Part shown: one piece after another, positions 51,901 through 64,000 of the stretch
Position numbering within the stretch: position 1 is the stretch's first letter
How the letters are laid out: each line of letters opens with the position of its first letter
Source of the DNA: Lytechinus pictus
Taxonomy: Eukaryota
Length of the DNA stretch: 64,000 bases
NCBI RefSeq assembly: GCF_037042905.1
Contig: NC_087263.1
Location: forward strand, 15,626,001-15,690,000
Direction of reading: 5' to 3'
Translations under genes and position numbers: made by a program
Notes under the pieces: generated by a model
Told to the model about the DNA's origin: nothing
Databases searched by the model: none
What the model saw: only the letters and a program-made list of their open reading frames with translations

Positions 51901-52979
51901 AATCAAAAATTGCGACAGAAATTAATGTTTCAAAAGTGAAATACAAAGTGACCGGAAACACCGTCTTAATTTGATCCCATAAAATATCATGTGTAATATT
52001 ATTTTTCCACGGTGATTAAATAAATGGTGATCAAGTTTCTCCCACTGATATCTTGAAAGTATCTGCACAATTTTTTTATTCCTGCTTTTTTCTATCTATA
52101 TTAATAATATTGAATGAAACATTAAGCAAAGTTCAGTATTTAACCCTATGCCTTTAAATTGTTTAAGTGCACTGGCAGATACCATTACCTAATTACTCAT
52201 ACTATTGCCCCTCAATCTATCCGTGATCGATCAAAACTTACAGGTGCCTGTTCTTTCCCCCTTTTTCTTGCCTTGTTCTTAGTTTTGGGACCTGTTTCAA
52301 GTTTCAAATTTTGGTTTTTTTCATTTGTCAACTCAATCATATACAGCATGGAAAATGATTACACAGATATTAAGTGATATAACCATACAAATCAATACAA
52401 ATGAATATACATTGTAAGCAATGTGACTATACAAGAGAAATAAGTGTTTATGGTAAACACACAGACTAAACAATGTAATATGATCAAGAAAGCTATAATT
52501 GAACAGAAAACAATAGATAAATAAATAAACAAATAAATAGATAAATACAATGAATCGAAACTGAATGAATGTAGACCATTCTCGATAAACAATTTACAAG
52601 TCTGTTTTTACTTTGTTTTCAATAAAATCAATGTTGAGGAAATGGAGGGATCCACTAAAAAAGCACGGCTTGTTGAGTATGGATCCCTGAAAGAATTTAT
52701 CAAAGATTTGTAGCTATATATTAAAATGAGAATGAGAGAGAGAAAAAAAATGAATAAAGTTGACGTAATGGTTGATAAGAGCCGTTTCCTAAAGCTGTTC
52801 GTAAGTTAAGAGCGACTTCAAGAATGACTGGTGAATCTTTCTTACACGCTAATTAAACACCAATGAACATTTAATGGTGAATATCATGTACCATAAGAAA
52901 GAATCACCAGTCAAGAATCACAAGTCACTCTTAACTGACGAACAGCTCTATGGAACATCTCCCAGGCGTTAAAAAAAGT

Positions 52980-53194
52980 CGGGTACCGGCTGTGCATTCA
53001 AGGAATAAATCCTGCCATGGACCCATTCACCTCACCTGGGTTGAGTGCAGCACAATGTGGGTAAATTTCTTGCTGAAGGAAAACACGCCATGGCTGGTAT
53101 TCGAACCCACGTCCTTCTGATCGAAGGACGAGAGTCATGACCACTATACCACGTCGCCCCCCCCCCCCCCGTCATGACCACTAGACCACGACGC
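52980..53194 (-). mobile_element. tRNA-derived SINE (partial)
   Basis: cacctgggttgagtgcagcacaatgtggg...ttcgaacccacg, as in 2165-2453. Confidence 0.8.
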
Positions 53195-53920
53195 CCACAC
53201 ACTTGAGGTTTTGTGGTTTAATTATGGACAACCACTTATGACAAAAATCTAACGATACAGCTTCGATTTGTTATTTGACTTTATTTTTCATATTTCACAT
53301 AATTATACATAATACAAAAACAATTTAGCGGCTCATCTAAAAAAAATATATATATATTTGTGCAAGTTTTGTCGATGCATTTAAAATCACACGTCCTTAA
53401 TTTGTATGCACTCGGTTGAAAAAGAAAAAAAAGTATTCAAACACCCCTTCTCCCTCCAGTCATCTAGTACAGTCACGAGGCACTTTATAACCCCCACACC
53501 CCTGGGGATAGTATGAAATATAACAGCTGAAAATTACATGAAAGTTATGATATGCGATATGATATGATATATATCGCTAAAGGAAATCTACTTACGATAG
53601 ATTTATCGTGTTTCTTAACTCCCAAAATGATTATACAGGATGTTTAATAGCACGTGTTTATCGGTCGATGATGACTACAACGTAGAAAATACTAACACCC
53701 CGCCCCCTATCCCTCGATCCTTCCTTTCCTGTGACCCCCCCCCCCCCCCCTCCCCCTTATTCGCCGACTTCTGGGGTTAATCCATGGATGTATCCGTTCT
53801 CCCTGGATAAAGCATAGAGCTATTAAAGTATGATATATCAACCGATGTAGTGTTGTGTATATACAACCCCACACCCCTCAATTCGAGTGATTGGTTTGCA
53901 AAGCCCCCCCCCCCCCCCCA

Positions 53921-54906
53921 CCGGGGGCAGTCAAATTATTGGTGTACACATGCGTGACCAATCGCGTTTAAAGGGGTGTCCTTTTTTCAGTTTTGGACGC
54001 GGGCCGCGCGTGCACTCTTTAAAGGACAAGTCCACCCCAACATAAAGTTGATTTGAATAAAAAGAAAAAAATCCAACAAGCATAACACTGAAAATTTCAT
54101 CAAAATCGGATGGAAAATAAGAAAGTTATGACATTTTAAAGTTTCGCTTTAATTTTACAAAACAGTTATATGCACATCCTGGCGGGTATGCAAATGAGGA
54201 GACTATGACATCATCCACTCACTATTTATTTTGTATTTTATTATATGAAATATCATAATTTATTTCCTCATTATCAAGTGAAACAACGATTAATTCCTCC
54301 TGAACATGTGGAATTAGCATTGTGTAATAATATATGGTTTAGTCAAGTTGGTCCTTATTGTCAAATCTGTAAAAAATGAAATATTGTATAATTCAAACAA
54401 TAAAAAACAAAAGAAATAGTGAGTGAGTGACATCATCGACTCTCTCATTTGCATGTCACTGAGTTGTGCATATCACTGTTTTGTGAAAAAATAAGTGAAA
54501 CTTTAAAATGCCATAACTTTCTTATTTTACATCCGATTTTGATGAAATTTTCAGTGTTCTGCTAGATGGATTTTTCTCTATTTATTCAAGTAAACCTTTG
54601 GGGTGTACTTGACCTTTAAGGGTATAAAAAACATCGATTTTCAAGAAAAAGGGTAGTTTTGAAAGACTGGTCTATGGTCAATCGCGGGGTTAAACGTATT
54701 TAGGGCAAGTTTTTCCCAAGCTTTTTCCCCGGGGTCATATTCTGTCGAAAACTTCTTTAGGGGCCAAAATGTGGATAATAACGCCCGCGAAAAACTTGTT
54801 TAGTGGGTTATTTTGCACACAGAGAAAAACACGTTAAGGGGGTGTTTGGAAATAATTTGGTCACGAATGTGTACAGCAATACATTTGACTGCCCCCCCCC
54901 CCCGGG
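53921..54906. mobile_element. TIR element (CCGGGGGCAGTCAAAT) containing a Kolobok-like MITE at 54023-54615
   Basis: Outer TIR ccgggggcagtcaaat...gtgacca / tggtcac...atttgactgccc...ggg; inner element flanked by TTAA. Confidence 0.75.
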
Positions 54907-55189
54907 TGCACAGCATACTTACCCCCCCCCCTGCCTCCATTGTCTGCAGACACAGACCGTAATTGAAACTTTGATCAACAAGTGGGTCTCCATGCAGCCT
55001 ACTCATGCCTTGTGGACTGAATGCCAACAGCAAGTTTTGTATGTGCTAGGTTTGCGAGGAGACACACTTGGTGATCAAAGTTTCAATCAGGGTCTGTGCC
55101 TGCAGACTAGAGAAGGCCTTCGGTACACAAGGCATTACAGTCTGCACGTTCAGACCCTTAGCTCGAGTGAAGGGTTTGCACAACCCCCT

Positions 55190-55221
<32 letters not shown>

Positions 55222-57268
55222 TCTGCCTCTGGGGTTGAACTATGAAATATGAAATATCATACCGCTGTTGTATGTAACAAACTAGCCCCTCCCCTCCTCG
55301 ATCACGCATCACAGCTGTGAGGTATCCACATGACGATCATAATAGGAAAACGGGTGGAAGTTATTCCTGACACAGTGGATGACGTAATCGAGCTGAACCA
55401 TCGCTGGAAATTCACAATGTACGCATTTCTTTCATATTCACTGAAGAGCAGACTCATTCGGATAGAACTTCATTTTCTTCCTCTTAATTTTGCTTTGTGT
55501 GGCGTCCAAGGCGCCAAAATGGTCGACAAGTTCGCATGAAAGTGCTCGTGACATTTTTATGCTCACCTACAAGGGTCGCTATTTTTAGATGTTTGGTGAT
55601 GGTGTTTTTGACGCGGAGGACTCGATAATTTGGGAACATTTTATTTTTTATGATGACCAGTCGACCGCCATCAAATCATGCACTGATTAATTTTGGTGAG
55701 TTGTAAAAATTGATAAGCACATTTTTGTTTCATGTCAATTGAAATATTGTTATTGTCTCCCAGATGTTAGTGGGGTTATACCAAACTTCAACACACAGAT
55801 GTAGAGCATTAATAGATTCGTGGGGGTAAATCATTTGTGTTCACAATGATGTGACATATCGTTGATAATATCTAAATTGAAATCGCATTAGCTGGTTTGA
55901 ATAAGGTGACAAGACTAAGTATTGCTATAACTATCTGAATCACTGGAGCAAAAAAGAAAACTGTCTATATAGTATATCATCATGAAATGGTTTTATATTT
56001 CTTCTTGGAAATTATCTATAAAAAACATGGAAAGGAAAAGATGAATGATTTGAATTTATCAATGAGGCACTCATTGATATTATGTCTTCATTTGGGCGAG
56101 GGGGCTGTAAAACACCCTCAATTATAATGCGTCTCTGTATTTTATAATTATATTGCTTGCCAACCTCTGTGTAAGATTTTTTTTTTTGGGAGGGGGGCTC
56201 TCATTAAAAGGAGAGAGGGGAAGGGGAGGGAATCTCAATTTCCTATACCATGTTTCAACTAATGAAAATGCTACTTCATGATCACATGTTATTTGTCATT
56301 TCATTATATATCAATCCGTATCAAAACACACACACAAAATAAAAATTACACGACTACCCCTTCCGCAAAAGGCACCACATACTATGACTCCCCCTTCTAT
56401 CCGGCGTGTACATGTGGAACAGTTCAGTGAAGAGTAATTTTCTATCTTATCATGAGGTTAAAAAAGGGTTTCATAGGCCTATTGATAATTATAAACATCC
56501 TATATGCTATGCAAGAATAGATTATATTTCAATATTTTCCATTCATATCATTCTGATCAGCTCAGCCGCGTGACTCATAAAAAAAAGATCGCTAAATCCC
56601 GGTACTATTTTTATTTTTAGTTCACCCCCGGTTCGCATTGTGGAAAGGCATGATGATACATGTGTTTTTGATCCGGACAGGGCACTCAGAATGTTTCAAT
56701 TATTGATTTGGGGCAATGTTTCACATGACCGTTCATAAAGCTAAGCATGGCTTTGAAGAAGATTGGAATATAATTATGTTCTTAGGTGGTAAAGCCAGCA
56801 TCAAAGGAACATAATCATCTAGCGCAAGAAAGGGTGCCCCTTTGTGCGTATATTGATTCGTAACCTTTGAACAGCTTTATGAAATTTTAGCTCCGTTCAT
56901 TGTTGGGCAATATATTTCAACAAGTAAATGAAATGGATATCGCCATGTTACATACACACAGTATAAGAGGGACAAATTTGACTTGACCATTATTATTGTT
57001 GTTAGGATTTCAAAGCGTCTCGTGTTTGAAAACGTTATTGTAAATTCACTCTGTTGCACTGTAATCTGCATCGAAACAGGGAGGTCTCCTCCCAACACCC
57101 TGGTCGAAATGAGCATTTTCCTTTATAAGATACATCACATTTCAAGAGATCAACTTTGGTGACGCTCCTGACCCCCCTCCCGATTGTACGAGGGGTATGA
57201 GTAGCAATTAATTAATTAATTAAATTAGTCTGCGCCCTCCCGCAAGAAAGATTGTGGGTGTGTGTGAG

Positions 57269-57960
57269 CATAGGCCGATCTAGGGGGGCCAGAGGGGCCC
57301 GCCCTCCCCCCCCCCCCCCCATATTGGCGGAGCAAAAAATAAATAAAAAAGGGGGAAAGAAAGAAAAAGAAGGGAAAAGAGAGGGGAAATTGAAAGGGTA
57401 ACATAAGAGGAAGACCAATTTTTAAGCTCGCGCTTCGCGCTCGCATCAATAGTTTAGTTATATACTTATCCTTTTCACGATTTCAAAAACTGCTAAGAAT
57501 CTTTTAGTTCGCGCTCGCATTATTTGATTGTTGAAATATGTAACGTCTTCATGGCTAACTGCAAGCAGCTGTTAACAGATCCTTTTTTGATCAGATCAAA
57601 ACGTTTATTAAAAATTTCTGCTCGTGCTTCGCGCTCGCAGTAATTATTTAGTTGGATACGCATCCCGTCTAGGATCACAAAAAACATTGCCCAGAATGTT
57701 TAAGTTTTAGGACAAAATACATGAAAAAAAAAATAGATCGTGCTTCGCGCTCGCACAATTTCATAAGGCTTATGAGATTATTATATATTCATGTTGATTT
57801 ATATTAGAATAAAGCTTAGAACTTGAAGTGACTATTAGGACTACCCCTTCAAATAAACAAACAAAAATAAACTTCTTGCTGCCGATCGACCCGGGGAAAA
57901 TATGGCTGAAAAATTCCGCCCCCCCCCCCCCCCCATTGGCGAAGGATGGATCCGCCCCTG
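57269..57960. mobile_element. hAT-like non-autonomous element (41181 family)
   Basis: Ends GGATCCGCCCCTG; 8-bp TSD TGTGTGAG; gcttcgcgctcgc repeats. Confidence 0.78.
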
Positions 57961-58505
57961 TGTGTGAGGGTGTGTGAGAGTAGGTATGTGAGTGGGACTA
58001 GACTGCAATTTATTGTCGTTAGTATACCTCCAAAATTGAATTAGTCTGCTCCCCTCCCAAATACGCATGAAAGGAGTGTGGGGGGGGGGGGCTTTATCAG
58101 CTTGCCAATTGTTATAGCTATGATATCATGGGGCACAGTAATAAGTTTGTATTTAGTCATCCATTCTTAGGTGCTAATTCAAGTGACATGTTGTCTGTCG
58201 ATATAATCCCTTGATGAGGCCCAAGAGAGAATCGCATTTCCGAAGTAGACCTAATTTACAGGATCATGCTTAAGTTGATGAAAATAATGGTAAAAAACGT
58301 ATCACTTTAAGTGATAACACCTGGTAGAAAGTATACTTTTATAATGGCAATTGGGGATATAAGTAATGCTACGGGCACAAATATCTTTACGAACGCGATA
58401 AGAACAATGTTCATACATAGCAGTAAATGGTATGAAATCGTTCGAATATGCGGCATATTTTTGTTACGCTAGTTTATAAGCTATTTAGCATTAAATGAAT
58501 AGTTT

Positions 58506-59136
58506 GGCCCGTATTCTGAACTCGGGTTTGAATTAAACCCTGGTTTAAAGTTGTGGTTTAACTATGGTGAGCCAATTGGAGCACAAATCCTATAACAGTA
58601 CACATTCAGTTTATTAACTCGTATGACACCAAAATTGTTCATAATTGTCTGGGATTGATAACTGAAGTATTTTTTTTTCATTATGAAAGCAAAAGGAAAC
58701 AAAATACTAAACATAAGAAATATACAATATAAACATAATTTTTGAACTTTTGGCTCCCCATAATTTTAGCACAGAGTTAGACCGTGGTCTAAGTTAAACC
58801 TGACTTAAAGGTATTGTTTAACTTTGTGAGCAGCCGATTAAAAAAATTATCAAACCAAAATGAAAAGCTAAAACTACAAGGCAAACCCCGAATTTGTAAA
58901 TAGGCGTCTTATAGACGCCTAAATAGTACACATAAGTGTATGGGATGAAATTAAGATGGTGTTTTCGGTCACTTTATATTTCAATTTTTGAAGCACTAAA
59001 TAATCATTTTCGAACGCAATTTTTTCTGGGCTTCATTGTTTAACATATCACAGACACAGGTGACAAGTGTGACCTTCTAGCTCAGATTTTTAAAAAATCA
59101 AACCAATGTTAACCAATCACTTTAAGAATACGGGCC
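58506..59136. mobile_element. Harbinger-like MITE with nested TTAA-flanked element (58809-59121)
   Basis: TIR GGCCCGTATTCT / AGAATACGGGCC with TTT duplicated; inner element ttaa|AGGT...CACT|ttaa. Confidence 0.72.
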
Positions 59137-59712
59137 TTTGAGTTTTCTGAAACGCAAATGTATAGGCCTATAGCTTTCGTAGCATTGATTAACAATTCAT
59201 ACGTTCAAGAACTCATTGGTTCATTACAAAATTATATTGAATCTAACAGGAATCTAAAATCTTTTAATTTAGTCTATATTTAATGTTACTCCTTCCTTAT
59301 CAAATGCTCTTGAGGAACAATATTTTGGGCGACGGGTGGTTTAATCACATATTATACCGCGAACACTAGCGTACCTAAGGGGGGGGGGGGCAGGGGGGCA
59401 GACTGCCCCCCCCCTGACGAGTCACAACTCATGCAGGGGACGTACCCCTGCCCCCCCCCCTGACGAGTCACAACTGATCCATTTGTAATGTAAAAATGCA
59501 ATAAAAACAGACGTGTGGTTTAAGCAGTGTTGCGTTTGGAGTTGGAAATAGCAATTTCCTACCAAAACGCAACCGTTTTGAATTCCCAATCTGTTGGCAA
59601 TTAAAGGACTCTCACAGAAAGCATTCCATACAGAAATCCCGATGATAATTCCTAACGGAAAGTATTAATAAATGACAAATAGAAACAGGTGCAGGGCCTT
59701 TCGCCTCTTCCA

Positions 59713-60166
59713 ATAGACCAGTTCGTACTTCATGGACAATTTTTGTCAAATGACCTTTCATTTCATCCATTATGATGGGCAGATTTCAAAGCAAGATATT
59801 ACGTAATCTTGCCTTACATAGCAGGATGAAGAAATTGAATAGACCAGGTGACTAGAATATCACATCAATGAACACTCTATATGAAGGTATTTTCTTGTAT
59901 TTTCTACTCTTAATGCATATTATAGCATGCTGCACAATGTACTTGGCAAACTGTGAAATACCAGTCGTTCGTGGACGCATTGTTGTTTTTTGTAGATGTA
60001 AATGGAAAACACAATTCAAAATTATAGATGAATAGTCAAGACATCAAAGTTGGTGCTTATCTCTTTAAATGTAAACCACCATGTCACTTTAGTACCAATG
60101 ACCTTCCTCTGACCATGCGCAGAATCTTCTGATCATGCGCAGAGTGGAACTACGAACTGGCTTATT
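59713..60166. mobile_element. MITE-like element
   Basis: aatagaccagttcgta / tacgaactggcttatt inverted ends. Confidence 0.6.
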
Positions 60167-60290
60167 GTGTATCATATATCATTCCTAACAATTGTTCGAT
60201 TTATTATTATTGAATATATTGTACATAATGGAACGTCTTGAATAATGCTGTCAAAGTTTGTGATGGCTGGATTTGTATCTGTTACTTGTA

Positions 60291-60689
60291 CACTCTTAAA
60301 ATGTTGCGCAACATACTGTCCACACAACAATTGGTTAAAAAAATTATCCAACTGTGGGTAGTTTTCACTCAGTCTGGGGTTGCCACGCACTAAGCTTAGC
60401 TTATATAGTGGCAACCCCTGCAACCTTTTAAAAATCGAAATGTATTAATAGAAAATGCAATTTTGTTCAGTGTTTTGCTTGTCAGTTATACGTATATTAT
60501 TATTGTATTTTCTTCGTTAATATGTTTATGAAAAAGTGTTGCAGAAACCAATAAATGAAATGAAAACCAATAATGTGTATATAGTTTTCACCCAAAGCAC
60601 ACATTATTGGTTCAAAACTACCCAGAATTGGATAAAGTTTTAATCAATTGTGGGAGTGGACGGTATGTTGACCAACATTTTTAAGAGTG
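60291..60689. mobile_element. CACTC-ended MITE
   Basis: CACTCTTAAAA...TTTTAAGAGTG, TA duplicated. Confidence 0.75.
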
Positions 60690-63024
60690 TAAACTCTAAA
60701 TCTGCAGGGGTTTAAAAATTATCCAAGTGGGCAGAGAATAGCAGTGGCGTAATGTGCCAAACATGGAGCAAAAGTTCGTAGAAGACGCGAGCGAGCCAAA
60801 CAAGCGATAAGATTACTTTTTGACACAAAAATCTATTCTTAATAGATTTCGACAGATATCTAGAAAATAATATAATTTTTCAATATCTTTTTCTTTTTTT
60901 TCTTGGTCTAGACCAAGCCCCCCCCCCCCCCGATCTTTAGGACAGAGGTCAATATCAACTAGCCGAACATTGAATTCAATTTGAGTCATAATGACTTAAA
61001 TGATATCGGTTTTATGTGTTATCAATTGCACCAATCAACTGAATGAAAGATTAATCGCTATGATTTGTGTAATGCGGTCCCATGCGAGAAACATCAACTG
61101 GCAAACGAACGATGTTGAAAACAGGTTTCTTGTGCATTGCCGAATATATCATGAAAAATGTTCAGTCTTATCTGTATAAATTCAGTTTTATTTTCAGTCT
61201 GTGTATAGTATATGGGGGGTGAGGGGTGCTCGACGGCGCCAAGGTCATGCATGATTTGATTCATGTGATCAAAACTTCTCAATCTGATACAGTTTTTAGT
61301 ATTTTGATGGGGATGGTGGAGGGGGGGGCGGCAAAATAAACGAAGTGACGTCACTTTTTTCCAATTGAATCTAATGTATAGAGTTACACGACATATGCGT
61401 CTCCGGCGTGCAGATAGGGGGGGGGGGCTTGGGGCATGGACCCCCCCCCCCCCGCCCCTCCCCAAAAAAGAAATATATATATATATATATATAAATAGAA
61501 TAAAATGAAATAAAATAAAATTACCAAGATAAAAGAAGAAATAAAAAGGAAATGAAATGAAAAGTGGTGAAATAATGATATTATATTCTCAATATTATGT
61601 CAAAATCTGATTCAAACAAATTATTTTGTGTTAAATAGGTAAAAATTGTTGCTCGCTCGCAGCTTTTTATAGATTTTGCCCCACATGTCATGTTTGCCCC
61701 CCTCAAAAACGTCGGCTTATTACCTACTGCTCTTCTTTCGTCCTTCCTCTTTCTCTTTTTAGGGGGCGGGCACCTCGGCCTCACCTATCCCTATAGCAAC
61801 AGTCCTTGTTTCAACATGTTCAAACGTCATTTTTCCTGACGACAATAATTGTGCTACTTGCAGACCATTTATTTGTGATAGCTTTCTCTTTTATTTGTTC
61901 ATCTCTCTTTGAGTTATGCAATGAAATTCAAATTCGTCGCAATTTACTGCAAATACATGATGCCGCTCTCTTTAAAACGGTTAATCCGATTTTATCGTAA
62001 CAAGTTTTATGAACATGATGAAGCGAGGCCCAAATCGTGTGATAATATTTTTGCCCCTTCTTTTCATTTCTGGCTGAAATATTCAGGAGCGCAGCTAGGG
62101 TGTTTTGATGTTGGGGCGGGGGAGCAAGCCAATCGAAAGATGATTTTTTTTTCAATTCAATAACATGCAGTGTACTATAAAGTTATACATCCCTACATCT
62201 ATCTTTTTATATCCTTCTCTCCCCCCATCTCTCTTTCCTTCTGTCTTTTTCTTTATCTTTTCAAGAATAAAAAAACACATAGAAGGAGGTCACCCCTGCT
62301 CCCATGTAGCATGTGTAGCACCGCTCGTGCATATATTTAGGCGAATGATTCAGGTGTTTTTTTTAGGCTAATCACAACATATAGAATGATTCAAAGATAT
62401 TTTTGCCTGATGAAAAGATTGAAGAAATAAGAAAATGTATTTTTTTTCGTAGACGCTCGTGAATCATCGTGACGCTATCAGTGTTATCGTAAGAAATGAA
62501 GAGGAAATGAAAAGGGTGAACGCGATGCAACATCGATATCTTAATTTTAGTTAAAGGCGTTGAATGAAAGGGTGATCTTCTAAGGCGATACGTGATTTAG
62601 AATTAGAATTTTAGATCATAGTTTTAAACTGTTGAGCGAATACCTTACAAATGGAAAAAAAAACTGTTTATAAGCGAATACCGTGCAAAAAAATCTGTTA
62701 AGCGAATACATTCGGTTGTAAAGTGATTTAGCACTCTGTGCGCACCTGCGTACTTGGCACCCCACCCGCCCCCGCCCCACCCTCTCCCCACTTTTTTTTT
62801 TCTCTCTCTCTCTCTTCCTCCCACTCCTTCCCCTCTTCCTCCTCCCACCCCCTCTCTCTCTCTTTCTCTTTCTTTGCCCTCTTTCTTTTTTTTTCTCTCC
62901 CCTCCATTCTTTCATTCCTTATCTCTTCACTTTCTCTTTTACTCCCACATTCACCGTTCTTGGTGTCACTCTTTCTCTCTCTATTTCTCTCCCCTCTCAC
63001 CCCTTTCCCCACTCTCTCGATGCA

Positions 63025-63188
63025 CACTGTAAAAAAATGAAGTGCTAATTTAGCACTTACAGTGCTTGTATAGTGACTGCACTACGAGTGATTTTCTATT
63101 TCAAATTTAAACTAGAAAATCAGCACTCGTAGTGCAGTCACTATACAAGCACTGTAAGTGCTAAATTAGCCCTTCATTTTTTAAAGTG
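63025..63188. mobile_element. Hairpin CACTG-ended MITE
   Basis: ~65-bp near-perfect inverted arms; CA duplicated. Confidence 0.8.
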
Positions 63189-64000
63189 CATCTTTCTCTT
63201 TCGCACATACACCCTCCCTCACGCAATCCACCCACACACACCGGACATACCTACACTCACACACACATTGCGTTTTTAAGGATGATAATTGTGTTTGCAA
63301 TTCAGCATACAGAAATAGAATGATAATATAATGAATCAATATATTGAAAATAATCCATGAATAAGTAAAGTATCGATTACATAATAAAAAAAAATATATA
63401 TCAAATTGATTGAATTTACAGAGTGAAATAAGTAAAGAAAGAAAGAATAGAAATAGTCAAATGGGGGTGGGGAGAAGAAAGAGGGAAAGAAAGAGGAAAA
63501 AAGTAAAAGGGAGATGTACAATGTAAAGGGGTAAGATTGTTTTTAATAAAAACTTAGTTGTACCCTAATATTAAATGGAAAAATTGTGTCCTTTTTAATG
63601 CAAATCGAGCAGAAAAGATGATATTCTTCTTCGCTATGGAAAATTAAATGCTAAAATATGTCTTCGTTGGGAATCTTGTAATAATCTAGGATGGTGGGAT
63701 AATGAATCACGATGTTAACCACAATCTCGGAGGCTCGGGTGTGAATCGTCTAGAGAGGTTTAAAAGACTATCTTAATTAATTAATATGATCACACTTTCC
63801 TGCAAAAAAATGCATCGTGGGATTACGTGTATTTAAAAGGGAAATCCACCCTATTCTAGCATCAATTTTCTTTTAATGAAATCAGGAAGGAATGACAGAA
63901 CCACTTCGAAGAAAATGATGGCAAAAACCATAAAAGAATAACCGAGTCTTCACACAATTATTTTTTTTTATTATTATGACATCACATTTTCTTCTATTCG

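Overview
Repeat-dense animal genomic DNA. It is most likely a sea urchin or other echinoderm, inferred from the SINE/MITE types, a Gmr1-type LTR element and a REJ-domain gene. There is no prokaryotic content and no CRISPR array. Two spliced host gene fragments converge, and both look damaged. (i) A + strand fibronectin type III (FN3) repeat gene has 8 recognisable exons (726-19010). Its last exon has a stop and a frameshift and is preceded by a ~2.1 kb satellite built from copies of its own splice acceptor and half-exon. (ii) A - strand REJ/PKD1-like gene has 4 exons (34933-38021), one with an in-frame TAG. Introns and intergenic space hold a Penelope-like fragment with a hammerhead motif, a decayed L2/CR1-group LINE (interrupted by a hAT-like element and a Helentron-associated element), a decayed DIRS element, a Gmr1-order Gypsy element carrying a nested L1/Tx1 LINE, and many SINEs, MITEs and microsatellites. 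The most unusual item is a 399-bp tandem unit in an FN3 intron (1252-2054). Each copy holds an identical, fully base-paired, tRNA-Glu-like gene with a TCA (opal/UGA-reading) anticodon and a Pol III terminator, and the array ends in a 46-bp inverted copy of its own sequence.
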